A DNA stretch of 64,000 bases from Malacoraja senta (taxonomy: Eukaryota): contig CM075996.1 of assembly GCA_038087875.1 (NCBI GenBank), positions 6,512,001 to 6,576,000 of the forward strand. Reading direction: 5' to 3'. The notes below the pieces were generated by a model. That model was not told the origin of the DNA, did no database searches, and saw only the letters and a list, made by a program, of their open reading frames with translations. Below, piece after piece: positions 49,986 through 63,138 of this stretch (position 1 is its first letter; each line of letters opens with the position of its first letter). Made by a program: the position numbers and the translations under genes.

Positions 49986-52900
49986 TTACACTAACAAGGT
50001 CAGCCTGCTCTCACAAGTCACGCCGAGTTGGATATGAATGGCTGGCAGTTTGAATGTTCCGGATGGAATAAAGATGAATCTTTCACTATGTGTGTTGTCG
50101 TGGATCATTCACAAACAGGTCGGGACCCTTCTTAGGGCTGATTGTGGTCGGCGGGGAGAAAGCTGAAAGAGAGGTTGGGAGGGGGAGGTTGGGATCCAAG
50201 TGAGGGAATGGGGAAGGGTTTGATAGGCAAATGGTTATAAAAAAGGCCAACGATGAGAAGACAGAAAGTGCGAGATAACGATGGAAGAGGTGCGAACTGT
50301 GAAGCCAGAGGAAGGAATATAGGTGGAAGGGACTGGGGAAGGAGAGAAGAGGGTTTGAATCTGAGGGCATAGAGAAGAGGCAGAGGGGGTGGGGGGGGGG
50401 GGGTGGGGGGGGAGGGGAGAAGACGGGGAAGGGATTATTTGTAGATTAGTTAACTAAAATTGGAGAATTCAACATTTATACCATTAGGTTGCAAGCTAAC
50501 CCATGGGGAATATTAGCTGCTCCTCCAGTTTGCATGTGGCCTCACATCAATGGTGTTCTAACTGAGGTTCGGAGAACTGAGTGGGTTGAAAGGCCTTGAT
50601 TAATTAGCCTCAATGCAATGCAAATCAATTCTAAATGCTAACCTTATTTTTCTGTCGAGCCCCCACCACCCATCAAATGCCATGTCCCAGTTTGCAAACC
50701 ACAAGGTGTACCAAAGAACCTCAACTGACAAAACCCAAGCTGGGAGAGAACCCTCTGAGAAATTTGGGGTTTGAAAGAGTCAGGGGGGGGGGGTGGGGGG
50801 GGGGGCGTCTGAACCTGTTCGAAGGATCTTGCCTCTCTGTGGGGTTTTATCGCAAAGTTCAGGTCTTTGGTTAAGATGCTGGAGATGGCCATTTGAGCCA
50901 TGTTAACAAATGATAGGATCAGAATTAGGCCATTCGACCCATCGTCTACTCCACCATTCAATCATGGCTGATCCATCTTTCCCACTTAACCCCATTCTCC
51001 TGCCTTCACCCCATATCCCTGGACACCTGTACTAATCAAGAATCTATCTATGTTTAAGAAAGAACTGCAGATGCTGGGGCAATCAAAGGTAGACAAAAAA
51101 AGCTGGAGAAACTCAGCGGGTGAAGCAGCATCCATGGAGAGAAGGAATAGGCGACGTTTCAAGTTGAGACCCTTCTAGATTCTGCCTCACCCGCTGAGTT
51201 TCTCCAGTATTTTTTGTCTACCAAGAACTTATCTTTCTCTGCCTTAAAATTATCCATTGACTTGGCCTCCACAGCCTTCTGTGGCAATGAATTCCACAGA
51301 CTCACCCTCTGACTAAAAACATTTCTCCTCATCTTCCTAAAGGAACGTCCTTTAATTCTGAGGATATGATCACTGGTCCTAGACTTTCCCATTAGTGGAA
51401 ACATCCTCTCCACAGCCACTCTATCCAGGCCTTTCACTCCACTATTTCACTATTCATTCCAACCTTGGCTACCCTTCTGCCTCCTGCCCCAGCTGCATAT
51501 TCTTTGATTGCCTTATTATCCACAAAGCTATTGTTTGGCTTTATCGAACAAAATCATTAACCGAGCTCCCACAGTCCTGCAGGGGAGAGAATTCCAAAGA
51601 TTCACCACCGTCTGTGCGAAGAGATTTCTTCTCATCTCAAGGGGCGGCAGGAGTGGCGCAGGGGAAAAGCTGCTGCCATTCAGCGCAAAGAACCAAGATT
51701 CGATCCTGACTACGGATGGATTTTGCGCGTTCTCCGTGACCGCGTGGGTTTTCATCAGGAGCCCCGGTTTCCTCCCACACTCCAAAGACGTGCAGATTTT
51801 GGCCTCGGTTCTATCCTACACACTAAGGGCGATTTACAGTACTAATTAACCGACAAACCCGCACATCTTTGGAGTGTGGTAGGAAACACGTCCTTGGAGT
51901 GTGGTGAGCACCCGGGGAAAACCCAAGTGGTCACAGGGAGTATGTACAAACTCTGTACAGATGGCACCCGTAGTCAGGATCAAAACCGGGTCTCTGGCGC
52001 CGCGAGGCAGCAACTCTACCGCTGCGCCACTGTGCTTTGAGAGAACGTATGCTGGTTCAATGCTACAGGGAAAGTCCGCAGCTCTGGGAGACCAATGTGG
52101 AATTCTGTGCCCGAGTTTTGTTGTTGTGTCTTCGATCCACAACCAAAGGATTGAAGAGCTGAGAGTACAAACCCCAGCTCTCTTCCACTCGGGCAACAGT
52201 CTGTGATCTGTCTCGAAGTGCAATGGAGGCATTGACTCTGTGGCAGGAGCCTCTCACAGATACTTTGGAGAACCACAAACCCAGCTCGATGCAGCTTGCA
52301 ACCTGGGGGCTCATTGTACCTCTGCTTGTTCATTCTGATAATAATAATAATAATAATAATCATTTTATTTACTGGCGCCTTTCTAAAACCCAAGGACACC
52401 TTACAATGCATAGAATCACAAAAAAATACAAAACACATAATCGGAATAAATTAAATATAAAAACACCACAGTACACAAATCAAGGACAGAATTCAATTTC
52501 AAGAGCACCAAAAGAAAATAAGAAACACAATGACCTCGCTCCACAAGACCATCAAACACAGGAGCAGAATCAGGCCATTCAGCCCACCGAGTCTGCTCTG
52601 CCATTCCATCATGGCCGATCTATCTTTCCCTCTCAACCTCATTCTCCTGCCTTCTTCCCATAACCTTGCTAATCAAGAACCAGTCAATCTCCGCTTTAAA
52701 AATACCCAATGACTTGGCCTCCACTGCTGTCTGTGACAATGAAGTCCACAGATTTGACACCCTCTGGCTAAAGAAATTCCTCCTCATCTCCTCTTTAAAG
52801 GAACATCCGTTCTGAGGCTGTGCCCTCTGGTCCTAGACTCTCCCACTAGTGGAAACATCCTCTCACTGGCTTTGGCATCAAGACTATCTGATAACATGGC

Positions 52901-53450
52901 CCTTATTCAACCCTGCTGTCCATGTCTTTTGTATGTGGAATAAGAGCCACTCACAGCTATTACAGGAGCCATTTGAGCCATAACATCCCAGCCAGGTTAA
53001 AAATAACTATTCGGACTGGTATCAAATAAAATTAAAATTAAATTAGAAAATGCAGAAAGCGCTCGGCACGGTGGCGCAGCGGTAGAATTGCTGCCTTACA
53101 GCGCCAGGGACCCGGGTTCGATCCTGACTATGGGTGCTGTCTGTACAGAGTTTGTACGTTCTCCCATTGACAAAAGCTTTTCACTGTACCCCAGTACACG
53201 TGCCTATAAAATAAACTGAACTAGAGCGCGGACTGGTCTTTGAAAATGGCACCAAAACATGGCGCCTCTTGCATGCGGCCTCAGTAGACTATTTCTGTAC
53301 ACTTGCTAATCGGGGATGTGCTTAGGTATGGCGATACTCTACTGGACCGTTTGTAAGTAAAGAATTTCACTGTGCGTTTGCACTTCGCACAGGTGACAAT
53401 AAAAGCACTAATGTAACCACTGAACATCTGTTGAGAGAGAAACAGAGTTA

Positions 53451-53796
53451 AGCCCCCGTCCCACGAGGTAATTCAGAGTTCTCCCGAGTTTTCCCTGATT
53501 CGACTTGGAGAATGTCCGTAGCGGGTCCGTAGGTGTTCGTGGATGTCTCGTAGCGGCTCGTACGAGTAAAAAGTTTTTAAAAATTTCATCACGAGTATTT
53601 TTTACTCGTGGACATTTTTTGCAGGGATGAATAAACGTCACGATTTTACCGGATTTCCCGCGTACCGAGTTAGCATTACGAGCCGCTACATGACATTCAC
53701 GAACTCCTACGGACCTGCTACAGACATTCTCCGAGTTCGGATTAGCGGAAAACTCGGGAGAACTCTTGAATTACCTCATACAGTGGGACAGGGGCT
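53451..53796. mobile_element. Harbinger-type MITE
   Basis: AGCCCCCGTCCCAC...GTGGGACAGGGGCT with TTA flanks. Confidence 0.8.
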
Positions 53797-56689
53797 TTAA
53801 CATTCCAGGTGGACGACAGGCTCATCAGAACGAGTGTTAATCCTGCCGCTCTCTCCAAGATGCTGTTGAGCGCTTTCCGTTATTATTTCAGATTTCTGGC
53901 GTCTGCGGCTTTCTTCCTTTCTCAATCACTATACAGACTCATCCCCCTTCCAGGCACCGGGGAAAAGAAAGTCAAGATAAAAACCGCAGATGCTGAAAAA
54001 ACGAGACAAAAACACAAAATTCTGGAGGCATTCGGGAGGTCAGGCAGAATCAGCAGAAGGGGAAACGGTTGACATTTTGGGTCCAAGATTCTTTATGAGA
54101 AGGAGAGAAACAGGGAGGAGATGCGGAAGGAAATGCAAGTTAACTTTCCACAGGCAGGAAGGAAGGGGAGAGGGACTCAGGCACACAACATTAACTGTTT
54201 CTCCTTCCACAGATGCTGCCCGACCTGCTCAGTATTCCCAACAATTTCTGTTTTTGTTCCAGGCCCCCGACCTCTAGTTCTGCAAATTACCGCAGCTATA
54301 TGAAATCGTGAGGGGAATAGATAGGGTGGATGCACAGAGACGTTTACCCAGAGCAGCTGAATCAAGAACCAGAGGACATAGGTTTAAAGTGAGAAATGAA
54401 TGGGAAAAATAGGAACCCGAGGAGAAACTTCCACACAAGAGGGTGGTGGGTATATGAAACGAGCTGTCAGAGGAGGTAGTTGAGGCAGGTACTATCACAG
54501 CATTTAAAAGACACTTGGACAGGTACATGGAAAGGAAAGGTTGAGAGGGATATGGGCCAAACGCAGGCCGGTGGGACTAGCTGTAATTTTCTAAATCCAA
54601 ATGCATCCTTACAGAGATGGGAACAAAGTCAGAACCTTTTTTACCCCAGGGTAGAAATCTCAAAGATTAGGGGGCATAGCTTCAAGGAGAGACGGGCAAA
54701 GTTTAAAGGAAATGTGCTCCACACATTTCCTTTAAACCTTGGTCAAAATGCTAAGATTGCCACCATTTTATGATACCCATGTAATATCTCTTCATGATCG
54801 AATATATTTTTGTGTAATTCATTGAGCAGTTTCATGGTTACCATTGCTAAGACTAACTTTCTAATAAAAATTGCAAAATAATTTAAAAATTGCACCAATG
54901 TTATCAACTCTTAGCTGCCTCCGCCATTTGAGAGCATTCAGAATGGATCATAAAATATTCACACCTTTTAAAAGTGTAGCTGCGCAGCTGATAGAGGGGC
55001 TGCCTCACAGTGCCCGATACCCGGGTTCGATCCTGACCTCGGGTGCTGTCTTTCTGGAGATTGTACGCTCTCCGTGACCACGTGGGTTTCCTCTGGGTGT
55101 TCTGGTTACCTACCACATCCCAAAGACGTGCGGGTTTGAAGGTTAATTAACCCTCCGCCAATTGCCCCCCCGGGCGTATGGAGTGAGTGGGAAAGTGGGA
55201 GAGCATAGAACTAGTGTGAACATGTGGTCGATGGTTGGTGTGGACTTGATGGGGACTCTAAATTTAAAAAAAGTATCCCTCTAAAACTCCTATGATGTGA
55301 TACTTGTTGAAAGGTGGCATGTGAATGATAATGGGTCTCGACCCAAAACGTCACCCATTCCTTCTCTCCAGAGATGCTGCCTGTCCCGCTGAGTTACTCC
55401 AGATTTTTGTGTCTACCTTCGATTTTAACCAGCATCTGCAGTTTTTTCCGACACATGTTAATGCTAATTATTGACCAGCTAGTCTTCAATGGAATCTTTC
55501 CCAGATTTACTTTAGACTTCAGAGATACAGAACGAAAAAAGCCCTCGGCCCACCAAGTCGTGCCAACTAGCGATCACCCCATACACCAGCACTATCCAAC
55601 ACACTAGGGGCTATTTACAATTTACAGTAGCCAATTAAACTACAAACCTGTACGTCTTTGGAGTGTGGGAGAAAACCGGAGCACCCGGAGAAAACCCACG
55701 CAGGTCACTGGGAGAAGGTACAAACTCCGTACAGACAGCACCAGTAGACAGGATCGAATCTGGGTCTCTGGCGCTGTAAGGCAGCAACTCTACCGCTGCG
55801 CCACTCTGTTCTTTGTTGCTGCTCTGATCCTCTTGTCCAGTGTCCGCTCAGTGTGGTGACAACTCGGTGAAGTGCTCACATATGGGCCCCTCTTCCCGAT
55901 CCCACTCTGCAATAACCTGTTTAGTACCTGCTCCCAGTCACCAGAAAGCAGCTTGAACACCCATGTTTAGGAAGGAACGGCAGATGCTGATTTACACCAA
56001 AGGTAGACACAAAATGGTGGAGTAACTCAGTGGGTCGGGCAGCATCTCCGGAGAAAAGGTTTAGGTGACGTTTCGGGTCGACAAGGGTCTGAAGAAGGGT
56101 CTCGACCTGAAACTTTACCTATTCCTTTTGAACATCCGTGTGTCACTGTGCTAGCAATGTTGACTTCCCTAGTTGAATAGCCTACTGTCCATTGATAAAT
56201 TAGTGGATGTTTCAGCCCAGAGAGAGGGAGGGGCAGGGTAGGGGACTTTGGAAAGGGGTGAATAATAGATTGGAGGCAAATAGGACTAACGACCCTTTGA
56301 ATCCTTTGGAATTGTTGTTACCAGGAACACACACCCTAACCTAGATCAAAGCAAAGTCACCAGTTGAGACAGCAAACTGTGCTAAGTCTCGCCCGCAATA
56401 AAACCTATTAAGACAGTTTTATTCTTTTATGGATTATAGGCATTGCCAGCGATCCACAATTTTTTTTCTCTATCCTTTCCAAATCACCCTTGAATTGTTT
56501 CTCTTGCAACAGGGAAGTTAAGAATCAGTCGTATTCCAGTGGATCTTACACAAAACCAGACCGTGGAGAGGACAGATTCCGTTCCCAGCCATGCGACAGA
56601 CGGACGTTTATGAAAATCTGATTGCTTCATGGTCACTGTTTACAACACCAGCTTTATGTTCCTAATTTCCTTGAAGAACTGAACTTAAA

Positions 56690-57137
56690 TATCGGTGAGA
56701 CCCAGCGTAGGCTTGGCGATCGTTTCACCGAACACCTCCGCTCGGTCCGCACTAACCAACCTGACCTCCCGGTGGCTCAGCACTTCAACTCCCCCTCCCA
56801 TTCCGTATCCGACCTTTCTGTCCTGGGCCTCCTCCACGGCCAGAGTGAGCAACACCAGAAATTGGAGGAACAGCACCTCATATTCCGCTTGGATAGTCTG
56901 CATCCTGGTGGCATGAACATTGAATTCTCACAATTCCGTTAACCCTTGCTGTCTCCTCCCCTTCCTACCTCTCCCTCAGCCCTCGGGCTCGTCCTCCTCC
57001 TTTTTCCTTTCTTCTCCCCGCCTCCCCCCACCCCCTATCAGTCTGAAGAAGGGTTTCGGCCCGAAACGTTGCCTATCTCCTTCGCTCCATAGATGCTGCT
57101 GCACCCGCTGAGTTTCTCCAGCATTTTTGTCTACCTT
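56690..57137 (+). mobile_element. Penelope-like element 3' fragment
   Basis: IGETQRRLGDRFTEHLRSVR...PVAQHFNSPSH...EEQHLIFRL..LHPGGMNIEF; same pLTR tail. Confidence 0.9.
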
Positions 57138-58199
57138 AAATTCCACCGATATGGCCAATTGGTTAATTCAGTGATATAAATAACCTTTACACCCTAACTT
57201 GTTCGAAGCAGTTTTTAAATTACTTTTCCTTTATGCACTTTGACCACAAGGTGTAGGAGCAGAATTAGGCCATTCAGCCCATCGAGTCTGTTCTGCCATT
57301 CGATCATGGCTGATCTATTTTTCCCTCTTCTCCTGCCTTCTCACTAATTAAGATATGTTTAGTTTAGAATTACAGCATGCAAACAGGCCCTTCGTCCCAC
57401 CGAGTCCACCCCGACCATCAATTGCCCGTACACACTACTGTAAAGGATAACATTTAGTTTAGAGATACAGCCTGGAAACAGGCCCTGCGGCCCACGGAGT
57501 CCGTGCCGTCCAGCAATCACTGCACACAGTAGTTCTATCCTACACAAGAGGGACACTTTACAGAAGCCAATTACCCTACAAACCAGCACATGCTTGGAGT
57601 GTGGGAGGAAACCAGAGCACCCAGAGAAAACTCCATACAGACAGCACCTGTGGTCAGGATCGAACCCGGGTCTTTGGTGCTGCAAGGCAGCGACTCTACT
57701 GCTTCGCCACCGTGCCACAGTTGTTAGATAGCCTCCAATATATGGCGTGTAGAACAAAGGAGACGAGTTGGAAGCGGCCTGGAACTCAGAAAGCCGAGTG
57801 TAACAAAGACACAGAGGATGGTTTCAAATGCCGATGAACAAAGAAAGGCAGGTGTTTTTATTTAAAAATCAAACCAAAATCCAGACACTGAAAACCTGAA
57901 TTAGAAACTGAAAATGCTGGAAAAACTCAACAGGTCAGGTAGCATCTGTGGAGAGAGAAAAAGGTCAATGTTTTAGAACTGCGACATCTCCGTGCTACCG
58001 AAGGGTCACAGATCTTTAACGTTGATTGTTTCACTTTTCACAGACACGGTCTGTGCTGCTGAGACATTCCGGCATTTTTAATTTTTATTTCAGATTTAAT
58101 TTACATTCTTAACAATTTGACCTAGTGCTTCCTTCACTGTTATAAAAGAGGGCATTTGTTGAACCTTAGTGAGAATCCCAGTCATAAATTATCAAAGAG

Positions 58200-58515
58200 A
58201 GGGCAGCACAGTGGCGTAATGGTCGAGCTGGTGCCTTACGGCGCCAGAGACCCATGTTTGATCCTGACTAGAGGTGCTGTCTGTGCGGAGTTTGTACGTT
58301 CTCCCTGTGACCGCGTAGGTTTTCTGTAAGTGCTCCGGTTTCCTCCCAACTCCAAAGACGCGCAGGTTTGCAGGTTAATTGGCTTCGGAAACAATTGTAA
58401 ATTGTCCCAAGTGTGTAGGATAGTGATAGTGCGCGGGGGGATCGCTGGTTGGCGCAGCCTCGGTGGGCCGACGGGCCTGTTCCTGTGCTGTATCTCTAAA
58501 GTAATGTAAAGTAAA
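58200..58515 (+). mobile_element. tRNA-derived V-SINE (HE1-like)
   Basis: Same head, V-domain and tail organisation. Confidence 0.85.
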
Positions 58516-60413
58516 GTCGAAAGTGGAGTAAAGTAAAGGCAAGCTGCCAGGTAAATGAACGTAGGAAGTTAAAAGTTGTTTACAATATTTCTGCCCCCTT
58601 CCTAACACAATACATTGCCGACAATCACCATGCCCGCTGTTGACAGGGTATTGAAAGTCGTACATCAGTGCCACTCCAGATTCTAACCCCAGACCCGAGA
58701 TCCTTGTAATTGAGACCCCCAGCATAAAACACGAACCACAAGTTCCCACAAGAAAATCTTTTATTCAAAACTCTCATGTGCAGATAGAGCCATAGAATCT
58801 TACAGCATGGAAACTGGCCCTTGGCGCCAACTTGCCCACGCCGGCAACATGTCCCATCTACACTACTCTCACCTGCCTGCGTTTGGCCATATCCCTCTAA
58901 ACCTGTGCTATCCATGTTCCTGTCTTAAACTTTGTGATAGCCCCTGCCTCAACTACCTTCTACGGAAGTTCGTTCCATACACTCACCATCCTTTGTGTGA
59001 AAAAGTGACCCCTCATGTTCCTATTAACTCTCCCCCCCCCCCCCCACCTTAAACCGATGTCCTCTGGTTCTTGATTCCAAAACTCTATGCCTAATTTCAC
59101 CTCGGGAAAAGGAAATGGAGGGAAATGGTGTCTCAAGTAAAGCCAAGCGCGCCGTCCCCTACTCTCAGTCCCTGTTGCCCCTTGAATTTATTCGCCTGAG
59201 TCGCAAGCTCTAGGCTACCATCCTTGAACCTCTCGCTCTCTTGTCCTCCTCAAAATGCAGCTCTCTGACCAAGCTTAATGCTGGAAACACTGCAGCTCAG
59301 GCAGCACCCAACAGTTTAAATGGGGGGGGGGCAACAAAAAACATGAACCCCCCTCTCCACAGATGATCTGTGGCCAGTGATCGATCTCCGACCAAGACTT
59401 TGATCATCTGTCCTATTTAGTTTAGTTTAGTTTAATTTAGTTCAGAGATACAGTGTGGAAACAGGCCCTTCGGCCCGCCTAGTTCGCTCCGACCATCGAT
59501 CAGCCGTGCACTCGTTCTATCGTACACACCAGGAACAATGAATCTACAAACCTGCACATCTTTGGAAGGTGGAAGAAAAGCAGAGCATCCGGAGAAAACC
59601 AACGCGGTCACAGGGAGAACGTAGAAACTCTGTACAGACAGCACCCATAGTCGGATCGAACCCAAGTCTCTGGCGCTGTAAGGCAGCTACACTACTGCTG
59701 TGCCACTGTGCCAACTGTTATCTGTCTCTTAAAAATGTTTTTGAATTATTCTTTGGTAATAGCGTCATTTCATTCACTTGAGTGCAGTAGATATATCATT
59801 TCAGTTGTTGACTAGCGGTTATTCAGTTGTACATTCTTTAACTTGAGCATTCATTATAAATATTTTGAGCTTCATGATTCAAGATTCAAGAGAGTTTATT
59901 GTCATGTGTCCTAGATAGGACAATGAAATTCTTGCTTTGCTTCAGCACAACAGAATATAGAAGGCATAATTGACACTAGACAATTGTTCAAGACATCCCA
60001 AAACTCTACGTTTAACAGACGATAACGTTGTCTAGAGTTACTCACAGCTCAACCTTGTTCTATGAAGGATCTGAAGGAAAGACACAAAGCTGGAGTAACT
60101 CAGCAGGTCTGGCATCATCACCAGAGAACATGGATAGGTGAGGTTTCGAGCTGGGACCCTTCTTCAGACCGACCGAAAACCTCACCTATCCATCATGTTC
60201 TCCGGGATGCTGCCTTACCCGCTGTGTTACTCGAAGATTTAGTATCTCTCCTTGGTTAACCAGCATTTGCCGTTCTGTGTTTTACACTTTGTTCTACCAT
60301 CTCATGTTTTGTTTCTCTCTGCTTTGGGGCTGAGGATAAGATAGATTGTGGATTTCATAAAAAGCAACGTAACCTTAATCAGGACATTGACATGCGAAGG
60401 GAGACTGCCTTAC

Positions 60414-60490
60414 CTTAAGGATATCGTCCTTCCTGAAGCTCAACTCATCCTCTCCAGCCCAGTGAACTCGTATTTGGCAACAGCCTCCAT
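60414..60490 (-). CDS. GRAP2: GRAP2/GADS first coding exon (start of N-terminal SH3), with an apparent 1-nt deletion
   Basis: Minus strand reads ATG GAG GCT GTT GCC AAA TAC GAG TTC ACT GG[G] GCT GGA GAG GAT GAG TTG AGC TTC AGG AAG GAC GAT ATC CTT AAG|gtaagg = MEAVAKYEFT(G)AGEDELSFRKDDILK, matching the GRAP2 N-terminus (MEAVAKFDFTASGEDELSF..GD.LK). It is 77 nt rather than 78, one G short in a G run at 60458-60460. Upstream acceptor cctttag| at about 60533. Confidence 0.9.
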
Positions 60491-60858
60491 TCAGGACACT
60501 CTCAAGAGGAAGCTCTCTGGTCTCGGGCAAACCTAAAGGCTCCAAACATCAAGCAGGGGGGAGACTCCTTTGATAGACGAGCTCCCAGAGTGTGTATGCG
60601 TAGAGCAAGAGGGACTGAGGGGAAGTGGCGTTGGAGGGAGGAGGGAGGAGGGAGGAGGGAGGGGGGTGGTTAGGTGGAGAGGCAGAGGAGGGAGGGCAGC
60701 AGAAAGCCTTGTTTCAGTGTTGCTCAAGCTTGCGTTCACCAAAGGCTCCAGATGGTTTCTTCACACTTCGAAGTGTTCCCAAACCGCAAGACGGCAGATA
60801 CTGATTGAAAGAGAAACACAAGACCCTAGTCTCTGTTGCAATTCGTCGAAAGATGATT

Positions 60859-60976
<118 letters not shown>

Positions 60977-61087
60977 TGGATATTATCTCGTCGCTGGTGC
61001 AGGAAAACCACAACCTAATTGCTGAGTTTCAACTGGGGGGTGTCAGTCATGTCAATGCTCCTTAGACCAGCTACACAAAGCGCTCAC

Positions 61088-61310
61088 CTTCAAAACTTTT
61101 AAAACAGGCAAGATCCAGGCAAGACTGGGTGGATTTTGGGCAGAACTGTCCCTTGCAAGTCAGCACAATTTCTCTTCCTCAGCCACAAGACCTGATGCTC
61201 AGAAATCTGAGTTTTTTTTTTCTCAAAACCAGTTTTCTCCATAGTACAAAGCTGCATTTTAAGCGCTCTCTGTTTCCTGTCACATGCAGCCACCACACAC
61301 CATGAGGTCT
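61088..61310 (-). promoter_or_regulatory. Candidate GRAP2 non-coding first exon and promoter
   Basis: Unique sequence with minus-strand donor GAAG|gtgagc at about 61088, ~550 bp upstream of the acceptor of the ATG exon; nearby GAGGAAG/CAGGAA (ETS-like) and TGTGG (RUNX-like) motifs. Confidence 0.35.
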
Positions 61311-62356
61311 CACCGCCTGCAAGACGTGGGAGCAGAATTGGGCAATTCGGCCCTTCGAGTCAGAGTCTGTAGCCAAAGGATGGTGGTGAATCTGCGGAAT
61401 TCATTGCCACGAACGGCGGTGGAGGCCATGTCATTGGGTAATTTTAAGGCGGAGGTTGGCAGGTCCTTGATTAGCAATTATGTCAAAGATTACATGGAGC
61501 AGGCAGGAGAATAGGTTTGAGAGGGGAAAAAAATCTGCCGTTATTGAATGGCGGAGCAGATTCGATGGGTCGAATGGCCTAATTCTGCTACTATGTCTTA
61601 TGAATTAAATAACTTACGACACTGCTCTGCCATTTGATCATGGCTGATCTATTTTCCCTTACATCTTTCTCCCTCCTTCTCCCCACTGCCCTCGACACCC
61701 TTACTAATAAGGGTGTCGAGTAATTCTCTGGCTGAGGAAATTCCTTCTCATCTCCTTTCTGTTAATCCATCTCTAATGCTCTTCATTGGTGGTACTAAGT
61801 ACTCAACAGGCCAAATGGCCTTCATTCGTGCTGTAACCATTTTATATTCATGGTCATAGTGAGATGTAGCATGAAACAAGCCCTTAGCCCCGACTGATTC
61901 CATGTTGACCATTAAACACCCATTTACACTTACCATACCCAAAGACACAACAGGCTACAGATAGAGTCATACCGTGATCCAGTGTGGAAACAGGCCCTTC
62001 AGCCCAACTTGCCCACACCGGCCAACACGTCCCAGCGACAGTAGTCCCATCTGCCCGCGTTTGGTCCATATCCCTCCAAACCTGTCCTATCCATGTACCT
62101 GTCTAACTGTTTCTTAAATGTTGAGATAGTCAACTTGCTTGAATCTGGAAGAAAATAAAAGCAAACTGCTGGAGGAACTCATCGGGTTATGCAGCGTCTG
62201 TGGAGGGAAATGGACACTTAATATTTCAGGTCAATACTTCCAGTCCAGAGGCGGACTTTTATTCGTATGGCTGTATGGCAACTCAAATGTCACTGTACCA
62301 ATTCGTGCATGTGACAATAAATGTAAACTTAAGGGTCTTAACCCAAAATGTCAACT

Positions 62357-62556
62357 NNNNNNNNNNNNNNNNNNNNNNNNNNNNNNNNNNNNNNNNNNNN
62401 NNNNNNNNNNNNNNNNNNNNNNNNNNNNNNNNNNNNNNNNNNNNNNNNNNNNNNNNNNNNNNNNNNNNNNNNNNNNNNNNNNNNNNNNNNNNNNNNNNNN
62501 NNNNNNNNNNNNNNNNNNNNNNNNNNNNNNNNNNNNNNNNNNNNNNNNNNNNNNNN
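62357..62556. other. Assembly gap
   Basis: 200 N. Confidence 1.
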
Positions 62557-62988
62557 AGTTACTCCAGCACTTTGTGTCTATCTTTGGTATAAACCAGCAT
62601 CTGCAGTTCTTTGTTTCTACATTTCCATGAATTTTGGGTTTTGGAAGTCAAAAGCCCATGCTACATGTTTTGTACCTCATATTCCTGTACATACTGAGGG
62701 TGAAATATTAGGTTCAGGTATATTATTGTCACGTGTACCGAGGTAAGGTGAAAACCTTTGTGAAGTGGCTGATCTAATGAGTAGCCCTGTGTAGTTTTGG
62801 GTCAAGACCCTTCTTCACACTGAGAGGGTTCTGAAGAAGGGGGCTACTCTCAGTCTGATGAAAGGGTCTCGAATCAAATTCCTTTTCTCCAGAGACGCTG
62901 AGTTACTCCAGCATTTTGGTGTAAGCCAGCATCTGCAGTTCCTTCTGTGTAGTGTTTGCATTTGCTCTGTGCTTCTATCAAACGTCAC

Positions 62989-63138
62989 CTGGGGGAGAGG
63001 TTGGAGCCCAGGGGTCTCGGTCAGAGGCTGGTGCAACTGAGCCCCAGGGATCTGTGCTTCTCGTCTGCTGGTCTCCTGAAGGGGGGTGACTGGAGGCTCC
63101 CCACGGATCGGTGGTAGTGACACCCAGTCTGGAACCTG
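62989..63138 (-). CDS. Epsin-family (ENTHD1/EPN-like) internal exon with three DPW AP-2-binding motifs
   Basis: ctcacag|cag...GSRLGVTTTDPWGASSHPPSGDQQTRSTDPWGSVAPASDRDPWAPTSPP|gtgacg; 150 nt (147 with the NAGNAG acceptor), phase 1 to 1, no stops. DPW repeats are typical of epsins, and ENTHD1 neighbours GRAP2 in mammals. Confidence 0.75.

Noticed and set aside
50644..50961. Proline-rich minus-strand ORF as a possible GRAP2 or epsin exon
   Set aside because: The prolines come from a poly-G tract; wrong position for GRAP2, no NPF or DPW motifs, and the ORF start lies in a CR1 tail.
53062..53165. tRNA-like A/B box sequence
   Set aside because: Head of the HE1-like V-SINE, not a tRNA gene.
60348..60536. 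62-aa plus-strand ORF
   Set aside because: Antisense shadow of the GRAP2 first coding exon.
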